DNA of 63,670 nt, filler included, from Octopus bimaculoides (GCF_001194135.2; 3 parts of 3 records of this genome joined end to end with filler, not necessarily neighbours in it); one strand, 5' to 3'; shown: positions 1 to 12,310, counted from the first letter of the whole stretch. Numbers and translations are program-made. The notes: a model not told the origin generated them from the letters alone.

Positions 1-200
1 TATTCATTTTATTCATTTACTTGTTTCAGTCTTTGGATTTCAGCCATGCTGGAGCACCACCTTAGAGAGTTTTAGTCAAACAAATCAACCTCAGGACTTC
101 GTTTTTTTAAGCTTAGTACTTATTCTATTGGTATCTTTTGCCAAACCGCTAAGTTTCAGGGACATAAACACTCCAACACCAGTTGCCAAGCAGTGATAGG
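1..200 (-). mobile_element. SINE-like repeat, family C (3' part)
   Basis: Reverse complement matches copies at 31990-32190 and 56240-56445 (ttagcggtt.ggcaaaaga...aataagtac...ccagcatggc...ctgaaacaagtaaa). Confidence 0.55.
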
Positions 201-235
201 GGCCACAAAGGCACACGTGCATAGTTACATTCATA

Positions 236-760
236 CATGGTCTGATCAATAAGTATCCGGATTGTTGCCATAGTAATGAAGCTAAAGCACACAGAGTGAA
301 GCCGCTGGGCACAGATTGACCTTGATCTCTGCTGTGCATGTGCACTGAGTTTTAACATTCTAGCTCACTTCTGTTTATAGCAGTGCTTGGAAGGAATGTA
401 TGCAGCATGTAATTGTCGCATTGACCATGTTTTTGGTTAGGCACAGCATTCCCCAGGTCCAACAGCCACTGTATTCCTTCGATCTCACCCCTTGCAGCTT
501 TTTCCTCTTTCCAAAAATCAAATCCTGCTTGAAAGGAAGAAGATTTCAGGGCGTCAAGGAAATCAAAGTGGATGAATGCAATGAGGCAGCTGCTGGTTAT
601 CCCAAAAAACGAGTTCTATTAATGCTTCCATCAATGGAAACAGTGCTGGGTTGTGTAGCTTCCAAAAGGGACTACATTGAAGGAGATTAAATGCCAAGTT
701 AGTATACATTGTAATTTTGTTTTTATGGCGCCAGTCCAGATATTTATTGATCAGACCTCA
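236..760 (+). mobile_element. Internally deleted mariner element (MITE-like) in LONP1 intron
   Basis: TA on both flanks (234-235, 761-762); ~29-bp imperfect TIRs (catggtctgatcaataagtatccggattg vs revcomp of right end tgaggtctgatcaataaatatctggactg); internal peptide QPLYSFDLTPCSFFLFPKIKSCLKGRRF is a decayed mariner YSPDLAP motif. Confidence 0.85.
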
Positions 761-773
761 TATATATATATAT

Positions 774-1063
774 CAGTTTCTGTTTACCAGATCTACTCAC
801 AAGGCTTTGGGTGGCCCAAGGCTATAGTTGAAGGTACTTGCCCAAGGTACCATGCAGTGAGACCAAACTCAGAAAGATTTGGTTGAGAAGCAAGCTTCTT
901 ACCACACAGCCATGCCTGCACCTAAAAATATATGATGGGCTTTCATGCAGTTTCCATCTACTACATTCGTTCACGAGACATTGGTTAGCTTATGGCCACA
1001 GTAGAGCCTGAAACCGTATGGTCATAAAGTGAGTATTTTAACCAGACAGTCATGCCTGCACCT
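774..1063 (-). mobile_element. Two tandem CORE-type tRNA-derived SINE copies
   Basis: Revcomp begins aggtgcaggcatggctgtgtggtaagaagctt (tRNA-like head) followed by ccttgggcaagt (CORE-like); a second, more decayed copy at ~935-1063 has the same head. Confidence 0.55.
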
Positions 1064-1595
1064 ATGAAATTTAACTTTCCTAGGTGGACAAATAATTAAA
1101 TTTGTCTGAGACAGTTTTAAGGGTTGGTATTTAGCTATGGCTTGTAATGTGAAGGAGATGAAAAGTAAATCTTTCCCTTATTAAAACAGTTTTATCACAA
1201 TTGGCAAGGGCCAGAAAAAAAACCATCCTGTTTCAATTTATTGATGATCACAATATAGAATTAGTTACTTGAACAAATTCTTAATGAAATACCTGCTATG
1301 ACTTTGAACTGATAGTCCACTATTTATCCCAATGATCATTTTACTTCTATATAAATAATTATAGTTTGCCTATAATCATTAACATCATGTTCTTTCTCTC
1401 TTGCATGAAATTAACAACCTTTTCTTCCATAAATTGAAAGTAAAAGCTATAGAATTTCTTCATTCAAATCTCATTTGTATTGACTTGGCCTTTAAATCTC
1501 AGAGATTTATAAAATTTGCAGTTGATAGTTGATTATAACAATTATGATTGTTTTTAACTTCTTTGTTTAAATTTAGTTTTCTTTGTCTTTATCAG

Positions 1596-1760
1596 GGAGC
1601 CACGCCCAAAGATGGACCAAGTGCAGGATGTACCATTGTAACTGCCTTGATATCACTTGCCCTCAACCGTCCTATACGTCAAAATATTGCCATGACTGGT
1701 GAAATATCTCTGATGGGCAATGTTTTACCTGTAGGGGGAATCAAAGAGAAAACTATAGCA
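1596..1760 (+). CDS. LONP1: Mitochondrial Lon protease, penultimate coding exon (protease domain)
   Basis: Pyrimidine tract plus atcAG acceptor ending 1595, GTAAGT donor at 1761; 165 nt, phase 0-0, translates [55 protein letters not shown], containing the Lon catalytic Ser (DGPSAG) and Lys (GGIKEK) motifs. The ORF-track entry 1548-1868 runs into both introns. Confidence 0.95.
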
Positions 1761-2133
1761 GTAAGTCTTAGTTTTATATATCAACATATGTATATTCATT
1801 TGTTTGTTTTGCCTGTCCATTTTTTTTTTTTTTATGTGCTAGCACCTTGTAGACAAATGTATTATTGAGGCATCCTTGTATTTTTATAGTCAGGGTCGCT
1901 TCCTATCACAAAACCTTAAATGTTGTTTAAGTAAAGGATGTCTTGTTTTGCACATCTTTAAGGTACATCCAGCAGACAATTTGTTGGCAGGAGAATTAAC
2001 ATCATCATTGCTTGTAGCTCACAATTTTTGAAGAAGTACAAATGTTAACAAACACACAGATACACAAACATGCATACATGCCCTTGTGCATGTGTGTATG
2101 TGTGTACACACATACATACATATATAATATATA

Positions 2134-2525
2134 CAGCGTGTGGTGGATAAACCATTGTATAAATTACGCAGAAAAGGAAATAACACTGACATCTCATTTT
2201 AACAGATATATTTATCAAAATTACATTAAAATATCTTGAAATATTAAAGTGTTAATTTAATCATTAAAATTGCCATTGGCTTCAACCACGGCCTCCAGAT
2301 GACTTTGGAATCTCCTGTAACTCTTCTGAATGGTCTCCTTGTTTAAGCTGGTGAATGCTGCCATAATCCTTGCCTTCAATTCATCTTTGGTGTTACAAGG
2401 AGTTTTGTTGGTCTCTCGCTCAACTGCACACCACACATAATAATCAAGGGAGTTGTAATGTGGCCAGATGTTAGGGGTAATGTGGTCTCAGAAACTGTCT
2501 GACAGCCATGACTATGTGCACACCA
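2134..2525 (-). mobile_element. Tc1/mariner maT-like (DD37D) transposon 3' end
   Basis: Minus strand reads HITPNIWPHYNSLDYYVWCAVERETNKTPCNTKDELKARIMAAF...RFQSHLEAVVEANG; terminus ...ccaccacacgctg abuts TA at 2132-2133. Confidence 0.75.
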
Positions 2526-4025
2526 CATCTGATGCTTTGTATGTCCAACTTTTCTCTCAGAGCACTTATACTGTCATATATGCACACTGACATTACACAT
2601 CCAGTGGAGCATACTAGCTTCATTTCTTACAAGCCTACACATATCCTCAGCAGTCGCAGCCCATGTTTCACTGCTGTGTAGCATAGCTGTTTGCACACAT
2701 GCATCATACAGTCTACCTTTCACTCTGAGCAAGACGCCCTTTGTTACCAGCAGAGGTAGGAGTTCCTTGAACTTTGCCCAGGCCATTCTTATTCTAGCAG
2801 CTACACTCTCAGAGCATTCTCCCCCACTACTGACTTGGTCACCTAGATAACAGAAGCTATCAACTTCTAGTTTTTTTCCCTTGGCATGTGATGCAATCTG
2901 TTTTCTGTACATCTTCAGTGTTTATTGCCCCTGTGTATCTGCCACACACAAAAACTATCTTCCCAGTTTAACCTTCATTTGATATTGCTGCACCTCTTAT
3001 GTATCTATAACTTACACCAGGTACATCTTATGGAGTTTCTACCTACACCTTGTCTACAGATTGAGCAGGGCCACTTATCTGAAGGGGTTTTTGATTTGTC
3101 TGCCTTCATACTTACTAAGACTTTGGTTTTTGCTAGATTGACTCTAAGGCTCTTTGATTCTAAACCTTGCTTCCACACCTGAAACTTCTTCCCTAGTTCT
3201 GGTAGTGACTCAGCTATTAGAGCAAAGTCATCAGCATAGAGGAGCTCCCAGGGACAGCCTGTCTTGAACTCCTCTGTTATTGCCTGGAAGACTATGATGA
3301 ATAAGAGAGGGCTGAGGACTGATCCTTGATGAACACCCACTTCTACCTGGAATTCTTCATTCATTGCCAACCCTCATTTTATCAGTAGCATCCCTCTACA
3401 TCACTTGAACAGTTCTCACCAACCACTCATCTATCCCTAGTTTCCGTATTGACCACCAGATAAGAGATCAGGCAACCTTGTCAAAGGCTTTCTCCATGTC
3501 AATGAAGGCTAAGTACAGACGTTTATCTTTGGTTAGGAATTTTTCCTGCAGCTGCCTTACCAGAAATATAGCATCAGTGATGCTTCTTCCTGGCACAAAC
3601 CCAAACTGCATCTCTCCTGATTAGTTGGGCTATGACCCTCTCCATGACTTTCATTACCTGATCCAACAATGTGATACCTCTATAATTATTCCTATCTAAT
3701 GCATCACCTTTACCTTTGTAGCAGTTGATTATGGTGCTGCTACACCAGTCATTGGGTATGACTCCTTCTTGTATCACCTGGTTGACTATACAGGTGACTA
3801 GACTATAGCCTACACCGACAGATATTTTAAGCATCTCAGCAGTGATTCCTGATGGGCCAGGAGCTTTCCCTGTCTTCATATCCTTAGTTGTTTTATCTAC
3901 CAAGGTACTGTCAATTTGAGTAGCTGGTCCCTCTGTTGAGTCGACATTTCGCAGACTCTCTTTCTCCCAGTCATTCTCTTCATTTAGCAACCTTTCATAG
4001 TGGCATCTCCAAGCCTCTCTCTTTG
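2525..4025 (-). mobile_element. RTE-clade LINE reverse transcriptase fragment (disrupted)
   Basis: ORF pieces 3574-3990, 3005-3370 and 2574-2912 give NYRGITLL, GVHQGSVLSPLLF, LLYADD and VDSFCYLGD RT motifs in order; antisense inside the last LONP1 intron. Confidence 0.9.
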
Positions 4026-4505
4026 AGTGTCTTTAAATGCATGCGAGCCAAATGAACAAACAAATGAATATATATAGTTTAGGTATATGACTGTCTAACC
4101 AATGTACTAATGTTGCAATGATATTGCATATTTTTAAAAGGTGACCTTTGAAAAATGCAACTGCATTGAAACATATATAAATAAAGATATAAAAATACAT
4201 ACATACACACAAACATGCATATGCATATACACACAGTATGTGTGTGTGTGTTTGAAATATATTTGCGTGTATATTTTGTTTAAAGTCTGTATTATTCTTA
4301 AACATTGTTAACTCATAAACATGCTTCTTTAGATGTGTTTTAAAAGAACCCTCATTTTAGGAAATATATTTCTGTTACTGAAGTTCACACACCATAAGGA
4401 TTTTTTTCCCTGCATTATATATGTTATCATAATTAATCCATAAGCATTTTTTTTAAGAAAATTATAAAACTTTTTTATAAAATCTAATTATTATTTCTGT
4501 TATAG

Positions 4506-4652
4506 GCCAAGCGGGTTGGAGTTGACTGCCTGGTGTTACCTGCCGAAAACAGAAAGGATTATTCAGATCTGCCAGCATTTATCACTGAGGGTCTGGAAGT
4601 GCATTTTGTTAATCACTACCGAGATGTATATCATATAGCATTCCCCCAGTAA
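4506..4652 (+). CDS. LONP1: Mitochondrial Lon protease, last coding exon
   Basis: tatAG acceptor ending 4505; in frame with the previous exon: [48 protein letters not shown] then TAA (4650-4652). Closely resembles the metazoan LONP1 C-terminus; no peroxisomal SKL signal, so not LONP2. Not in the ORF track. Confidence 0.95.
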   Translation, partial: AKRVGVDCLVLPAENRKDYSDLPAFITEGLEVHFVNHYRDVYHIAFPQ

Positions 4653-4977
4653 AACGTTGCCATTCTCTAACTGACCAGTGGTGCTGTTCATTAGCTGAAC
4701 ATATATGTGCATCTGCATATATATATGTGTGTATGTGTATCAGTGTATATAGAAAGAGAAAGAAAGAGCAGACATGATGTGACACAACTATTTAAAAATG
4801 TGTAATACTTTTAAGCATTTGTCATTTAGCTCCTAAGATCATTAGCACAATAATTCACTGCTGGCTGTGTATCTAATAGTCAGGTCGGAGGTAAGTGTCT
4901 GCTTCAAGAGGCCAACTTTGTTTTGCATTCTTGCTTCACCCCCCTCCTTCCATGCTTTTTACTTACAACTATATGTA

Positions 4978-4987
4978 AATAAATAAA
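4978..4987 (+). terminator. Probable LONP1 polyadenylation signal (two overlapping AATAAA)
   Basis: AATAAA at 4978-4983 and 4982-4987, ~330 nt after the stop, followed by a T/GT-rich downstream stretch. Confidence 0.5.
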
Positions 4988-5782
4988 GAGATATTCATTT
5001 TTAAACTTCAGGTATTCAGTTTCTTTTTGTATACTTTACTATTTAACTAACTTATGTGCATGTAAGTGCACCCTGTTTTATTTGCTTGTGGGTAGAGTCT
5101 ATTATGTTTGTGTGTGTGTTGTAGTTTGTGTGCTTGGGATAAATTGGTACAAGAAGGTGAGAGAAGAGAGACAAAATGGTTGGTAGATAAGTTTGCAAGA
5201 GTGAGAGATTATTTCATACCTCCAACTAGGGAAAGGCCATACTGAGAATGCACTGGTTTATCAAAGAGGGTGGGTCTCTATACAGTCAAGTAACCAGTTA
5301 AAAAGAGCAGCAAAATTTCTTTCATTTACTCCTTACCATCTTTAAAATAGAAGAACACATAAGGCAAGGCAGTCTCGGGTACACAATGTCCTAGAAAATA
5401 AACAGTATTGTAATATAATCAGAGCTGGAACATTTGTCAAATGATGGAATTTAAACACAGAAAATAAGTGCAAAACTGTCCTGTGCTAGATACACTTTAT
5501 GATGACAGTTCTTTAGTGTTATGTCTACAGAATAAAGTGCTAGGTGAGTTGTCATCATAGAAAATAATGGGATATAAGCAATATTCATAAAAATATATAT
5601 TTAATGAATGTCTCTTGATTCATTATTTGTGCTTTAAACCTGATACTGTATGTATGAATATTTTAAGCACATTCATAAACTGTTCATCAAAAATACCTCT
5701 TGAAGTATTTTGGCATGGCATTTTAAACTATATCCTCTGTGGAGAACTGGCACCTGAAGAATGACAACTCTACATTCCTATG

Positions 5783-5937
5783 AGGATTCGCTGAAAAGTT
5801 CATAGGCTGGCTATGGAGTGATACTAGAGCTATGAAATCTTGCATATATTAATTTCAACTCTTATTATTAATAACTGCATGTTTCTTTCCAGGTAGACTG
5901 ACATCTGACTGTTCAAAGAAGACTTCAAAAGTAACTA
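5783..5937 (+). mobile_element. Possible mariner 5' terminus fragment
   Basis: Starts ta-tgaggattcgctgaaaagttc, resembling mariner TIRs; no coding remnant seen. Confidence 0.35.
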
Positions 5938-5939
5938 GT

Positions 5940-6135
5940 TGCAACTTGGGTTCAATACTACCCAAACTGAAAAAAAACATCTGGAAACTTTAGAAATACT
6001 CTACAATCTAGGTGTATTGCAAAAATCGGCTTTACATGGAACTGCATGCATATTGCGTAAAGTACAAAGCCTGGTAGACACAATATCTTCAATCAACAAC
6101 ATCACGATATTGGATATTGTGTGGCGTCTTAAATA
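5940..6135 (+). mobile_element. R4/Dong-type LINE extreme 3' end (copy 1)
   Basis: KKHLETLEILYNLGVLQKSALHGTACILRKV resembles the C-terminal motif after the REL endonuclease; ends at a TAA/GAA tract. Confidence 0.6.
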
Positions 6136-6164
6136 ATGAGAAGAAGAAGGAGGAGGAGAAGAAG

Positions 6165-6945
6165 AAGAACCTCTCAATAGCAAATACCCAAAGAGAGCTA
6201 ATAAGGCTGATGTTGACAAAGCCCTTACCCATCAATGGGTTTATCATAGCAGCCCAAGATCAATGCCTACCGACAAGGAGCTACCAAGCCAACATATTAA
6301 AAAACGGCAGTAGCCCAACATGTCATGTATGTAAACAACAAAATGAAACCATTGATCATGTTGTCTCCATGTGCAGTCTTCTTGCGCCTACAGAGTATCT
6401 CAAGAGGCATGATAGAGCAGCACAGTATATTCACTAGGTAATTTGCCAAAACCTGGACCTGCTCCATGATAAAAACTGATGAAAACACAAACTACCTCCA
6501 GTGCTTGAAAATGATCACATCTCACTCCTCTGGAACTTCACCGTTCAAACTGACAGAAAGATAGATGCGAATTGGCCAGACATTATATTGAAGGATTTCA
6601 GACAAAAGTCATGCCTCCTCATTGATATGACTGTCCCAATCGAAATAAATGTATCTGTCAAGACCTACCAAAAACTGAGCAAGTATAAAGATCTTGAAAT
6701 AGAATTTGGCAAAATGTGGAACCTCAAGACTAAAACAATGCCTGTTGTTTTAGTTGCCCTAGGAATGATAGCAACAGGGGCTGATTCCTACTTAGCTCAG
6801 ATACCAAGAAACCCCAAAACAGCAGAAATTCAAAAGATAGTGTTCATAGGAACTGCCCATATCCTACCTAAAATACTGTCTATGTAATCTCAAATCTTAA
6901 AACAAACGTATAATTTTCTTATGTTTTCTTAAACATTCTCTAGTA
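6165..6945 (+). mobile_element. R4/Dong-type LINE 3' end: CCHC zinc knuckle plus REL endonuclease (copy 2; 3' UTR continues at 10037-10160)
   Basis: AAQDQCLPTR...CHVCKQQNETIDHVVSMC...YLKRHD, then WPDIILKD...LIDMTVP...KLSKYKDL (PD-D/ExK type); the UTR is split by the hAT and ends in (ATA)n at ~10150-10159. Confidence 0.85.
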
Positions 6946-9900
6946 CAAGGGTGGGGAAACTTTTTAGTGCGGTGGGCAAACATTTTCAAAGAAAAAGGTC
7001 TACGGGTGGATCACAAGTTCTGACTCTTGTATCTATGTATAATTCAATATACATTGATAAAGATAGGTTTTACACATTAAATTAACGCGTAACATCTTCA
7101 TTAACGCCGCCACTGGATTTGGGATGTTTATATTACTTATGAGGTATTCTGTATTTTTCAAAATGTACCTATCCTAATGTTGGAGAAATCATAACAATCA
7201 AACATGGACCGAATTTAATTTTGAAAAATTACATTAATACCTAAATAGTGTTACGTGTAAATGACATATTTAAACAATTTTATCCTAGTGATAATTTTAT
7301 TAAAGGTAATTAACCTTAACTTTAAAATTTGGCTTTGTTTAGTGAGAAGGATCGAACTACTATTTTTTTGTGAAAGTTTAGGAATATCACAACTTTGAAG
7401 AAACTGCTATTCTTAGTTCATTACTCAGGCTTTTGCTAGTAAGTCTTGTACGAAGACGATTTTTGCATAATTCAATTTGGAAAAAAACTGCTCACATTTG
7501 ATAAGTTGTCGAAAATTGAGATACGAATTTCAAGGCATTTTTATGTAAAGCAGGGAATTTCTCAGGATTGATGGATTTGTAGAAGTCCAATAAAGTCAGA
7601 TTACTATATTTCAATTTTATTAAGTTATCTGACTGCAAATCAATTAATTCTAATTGTAAGGAAACTGGAGCCTCCTCAGGACACATATCAAAAGGTATTT
7701 CAAAAACACGTAGTTCGATTTTATTTTGTATTTTTTCAAATCTACTTTCAAATTTCTTCAAAAGACTTTCACACTCGCCAGAAATATTCCTGTGTTGATT
7801 TGGGATTTTGTTCGCTCAATTTCGAAAAATGTCTGAAACACTTTCTTTTCAGTTGTGTGACAAATAAATGAAGCATTGATTCAAAGCTTGTGACATGAGA
7901 AAGCAAACTGGTTATTAGCTCATTGGAGCCTTGTAGTTTTGAGTTCAAATTATTTAAATGACCTGTTATATCTACTAAAAATGCTAAATCACTTTGAAAA
8001 CATTTTATCTTCCAATTCTATAATAGGTACACCTTTAATATCCATAAAAATTTTCACTTCTTTAGTTCACAAAATCGCTTAAGCATTTGGGCCATACTTA
8101 ACCACTTGACTTCCCAATGGTACAATAAATCCCCATATTCGGCTTCAAGATCTTTCAAAAATTCTTTAAATTCCCTATTATTCAACCCTTTGCTTTTTAT
8201 CAAATTAACAGCCTTAGTTACAGCTTTCATAACGTTGCCCATCTTGAGAACTTTTGCACATAAACTTACCGTATGAATAAAGCAGTGACACACAATGTTT
8301 CCGGGTCCAAAAGACGCTTCTTTAATTCATTCTTAATCAGAGCTACGAACTCTTTTTCACAACCTACTATAGATATAGCGCCATCTGTAGCAAGATCACT
8401 CATTTTTTCATATGGTATATCAAAATCTTTCAAGGCTAGGTTGACCATTTGAAATATATCTTCATCTCTGGTTGTTCTATGCATTGATTTCAAGGCAAGA
8501 AATTCTTGCTGAATGTTGAATTTTTCAGTTATTGCACATATAAATATTGCCATCTGAGCAGTATTAGACAGACCAGTTGTCTCATCAATAGCTAATGAAT
8601 ACAATACGAATTCTGCTGAATCAGATTTTTAGAGAATTTTGAATGTCATCAGCAATATCTTTAATACGATCAGAAACAGTTCTTCTTGATAAGCTAATTT
8701 TCCAAACAAATTAAGTTTTTCTGGGCATATATTCTCAACAGCAGTAAGGATACATTCTTTCATGATATACTCTTTCGTATTCTGCATAACTAGCTTAAGT
8801 AACTGATTAACTTTCAAGAATTGGCCTTTTAGAAAAAAGCTTGTCTTTTAGTTAGATTTTCTTTGAAGGAGGCTATTTTGTCAAAACGTTCAGATTCTTT
8901 CAAATTTCCATAGGTCTTATGCTTGCTCACAAAATGCCTCTCTATATTATATTTTTTATGAACGGCTACTTGTTCGTTGCAAATAAGACAAATGCACTTG
9001 TTATCTATTTCAATAAACAAATGAAGCTCAGTTCATTTTTCATCAAACAAAGCACGTTCACCAGCACTTCTTTTTATAGGATTTTTATAACCGCTTGCCA
9101 TAGTGATAAGGGTATTGAAAAATTGATTTAACAAAGTTATAAACCGGTTAAATTTATATTATCACTTTCGGAATTTTTGTTATCACCGCTGCCTGAGAAA
9201 AACAAAAGCCAAGTGGCTCGTAGTCGTATTGCATACATTTAGTGCTGTAAAAATAGTAAAAAATAAAAATCTACAAAAAATTAAGATATTGTCTGGTTCT
9301 GCAAGGTTTAACTTGATTTTTCTCTCTCCCTTGTCCACACAGGTGTTGAGAAGCGAGTGGGTAAGGAAGGGCGATAACTGATAAACCGATGGTAGATGAA
9401 AGTAACTTCTGTTGACCTTCTTGACATCGACTGATAGCAAAAATACGATACCCCTTTCGAAAAACGTTATTTTTCACTGCTTTTTCAGAAAAAAAAAGTT
9501 AGTAATCATTTTTTATAATCCTGTTCACAAAGGACCAAATTAGTAGTTTCTGTTTCAATGAAGCTTTACCAATTTGTCTTTGATTTTTAATAGATTTTTA
9601 GTAAAAATGTGAAGAATGAAATAGGGAAGAAAATTTAAATACTTGGGGTTCTTGAATATGAATAATTTTTACACTGTATCTTCTACAACCCTTCAGCTTT
9701 CGTTTCACATAAAAATTATTTCGATACATGCAATATATTTTTAGTTTTCACAGCTAACGTGTAGTTGGGTCTCAAAGGAGTGGTACAAACCTAGCAATAT
9801 GTGTTTTATAGTGAAAACAAAATTTCCATTCAAATGGAAAATACCGGAGAATTTCTATTCGAGTCTGACCGTTTTAAGTTGTAGTGGAAACCCAACCTAT

Positions 9901-10028
9901 GTCGCAAATAGGTTTACAAGTATTGTATAAATTTTATAATTGAAAAATTTACTTTACTTTGTGCATATGAGTACAGGAAATTGAAGGCGCAATAAAATGG
10001 GTTCGCGGGCGGGGTTTCCCCACCCCTG
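6946..10028 (-). mobile_element. Full-length hAT (SPIN/Charlie/Buster-like) DNA transposon with pseudogenised transposase (~7340-9100)
   Basis: 15-bp TIRs caagggtggggaaac (6946-6960) and revcomp caggggtggggaaac (10014-10028); 8-bp TSD ctctagta/ctctagaa (7 of 8 match); transposase motifs CLICNEQVAVHKKYNIERH, YSLAIDET, DGA, HCFIH, WLS and CEQFFS in order, with many stops and frameshifts. Confidence 0.92.
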
Positions 10029-10159
10029 CTCTAGAACAATACTATGAGCAAAACCAAATATGACACCCTAGGCATAGCACCAACTTGATCATCTAACTTG
10101 TTCTCTCTTGAGGACTCTGGGTGAGACTTGGAGTCAACTTGTACAAATACACAGCAAAA

Positions 10160-11245
10160 GTCAAACATATAATAATAATGGTGTCTCAAGTATTCCTTGA
10201 AAGGAAACTTGGCATCAAATTTTCGACCTATAACTTGTTTACCACTTATGTGGAAGCTTTTGACTGGTGTCTTAGCAGAAGAGTTATACAACCATCTGGA
10301 AAGTAACAATCTACTTCCAGAAGAACAGAAAGGATGCAGGAAACAAAGTAGGGCAACAAAAGATCACTTATTAGTTGGTAAAATGATAATTAGAAACTGT
10401 AATCGCAGATTGACGGGACTGAATGCAGCATGGCTAGATTACAAAAAAGCACGTGACATGGTACCAAACAGTTGGATAAGTAAAGCAATGAGCATGTTTA
10501 GAACAGCAAAAAATATGGAGAAAGTGCTTAATGAAAGTATGAAACACTGGAATTTTGAATTGAACGGAAGAAAGCAAAAACTCGGAAAATTGAACATCAT
10601 ACTTGGAATATACCAAAGTGATAGCTTATCTCCATTACTATTCGTATTGGTCATGACACCGTTCACTATGATACTACGAAAAGTTGAAATTGCTTTTGGT
10701 AAGAGGAAATGGTCAGATAAATCATCTCCTTTTCATGGATGATATAAAGGTTTATGAGAAACAGCTTGAAAGTCTTGTACATACAATCCGCATTTTCTCA
10801 AATAACGTAGATATGGAATTTGGAATAGAAAAGTATGCTATATTAAAAATGAAACAAGGAAGATTTGAAAGAAACCAGGGAATTAAAATGCCAAATGGGC
10901 AAACAATGAGAGCAGTTGAGAAAGGACAGTGGTACAAGTATTTGGGAATACTGGAAGCAGACGAGATAAAAAAAAAATAAAGAAATGAAACAAATTGTTA
11001 GTAGGGAGTACACAAGGAGAGTAAAAAAATTATTGCAGTCAAAGCTGAATTCCAAAAATCTTAAAGCAATAAATTCAAGTGCAGTACCCTTAATTAGATA
11101 TGGTTTTGGAATTATAGACTGGATCTGAAACTAGAAAGGTGTTGAAGATGTATGGTGCCCACCATCCGAAAGCTGATATCAACTGGCTGTACTTGAGGAG
11201 AGACATTGTGAAAGAGGCTTAATAGTAGTAGAAGAACGTGTACAG
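10160..11245 (+). mobile_element. R4/Dong-type LINE RT-domain fragment (copy 3)
   Basis: [41 protein letters not shown] and YKYLGI motifs; begins immediately after the (ATA)n tail of copy 2. Confidence 0.85.
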
Positions 11246-11271
11246 ACGGAAAGGTGGAAAACAGAGTATGT

Positions 11272-11306
11272 GTATAACGTATCGAGTATAGCTCTTCGTC
11301 AGAAAT
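11272..11306 (-). ncRNA. Degenerate PLE-type hammerhead ribozyme remnant
   Basis: Minus strand CTGACGA-AGAG-CTATA-CTC-GATAC-GTT: intact CUGANGA and stem II, GAAA mutated to GAUA, ACGU palindromic stem III. Confidence 0.45.
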
Positions 11307-11344
11307 AGGAGAAAAGAAAGGTCCGGAGAAGGACAAATGTCCAA

Positions 11345-12310
11345 GTACGTGTGTGGTTACATGACTGAAGAGTGCGAGAGGTATTTGAAGATATATTTGG
11401 TAATTTAATTAAACAGCTCAACAATTCTTTTCTAGTCAAAACCAAATGTATTTTAATAAAAATGCACAAGTTCTCAATAAGGTTTCTTATAAGATTATTC
11501 TATGAATCTGCCTTCAGCTTCGATGACTCAATGTTGGGCTGGAATCGTTGACATAGTCCTTATTAACTGGACAAGGGCAGCCTTCAGTGAAGCTATGGTA
11601 TTGCGAAGATGTCGATTAGTTTTCGTTTCAATAACATTCCAAACATTTTAGTCCATGGTATTTAAATCTGGTGAGTTTAGAACCCATAAGTTTGGTGTTA
11701 CATGATCGTAAATATTGTCTATTCTTGGCTTACACGGGCTTTGTGAGAAGATGCTGAGTCTTCCACTGCGTATTGCATCCATCCAAGATTTAACAACTGT
11801 CTCCAATATTTCCACATATCCAACAGCATTAATTCCAAGACCCTGTGGAAAGATGTGAAGGGATATGACATGACCTTCATTATTCACCACTATTAAAACC
11901 ATCACAGTTTCTGGAAACTTAGTGTGCATCACTCTGGAGACGCCAGTTGAACATGCACATAACCATGTTATATTTCCTGTTAGACTTGATCTTGGTTGAA
12001 GTTTTCTCATCAGAGAAGAACCAAAGTATATCATGTTTGTAAAGGTTTTAATCATGTTAAACAGACACTTGGCACGGTTCAAACGGTTTTTCTGTCTCTT
12101 TGCAGACATGAATGATCCTGTCCTCAGTACATGCAACATGTCTCGAATGTCCTCGTGCATCAAAATTTTGATAGTTCACTCTGAAGTTCTTTGACGTTGG
12201 GTCTCACTGATTTTCTGAGATCATTATCGATAATGTTTTGAATTTGTTAGATAAATTTCGATGTCCTAAAATTTATCCAACAAGTTTAAAACATCGTCGA
12301 TGATGATCCC
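11345..12310 (-). mobile_element. maT-like DD37D transposase pseudogene
   Basis: ORF 11648-12163: VMHTKFPETVMVLIVVNNEGHV...VVKSW...TPNLWVLNSPDLNTMD (decayed WPPNSPDLNPLD). Confidence 0.8.

Noticed and set aside
4506-4652. Assignment to peroxisomal LONP2
   Set aside because: No C-terminal SKL-type signal, and residues follow the LONP1 pattern ([18 protein letters not shown]).
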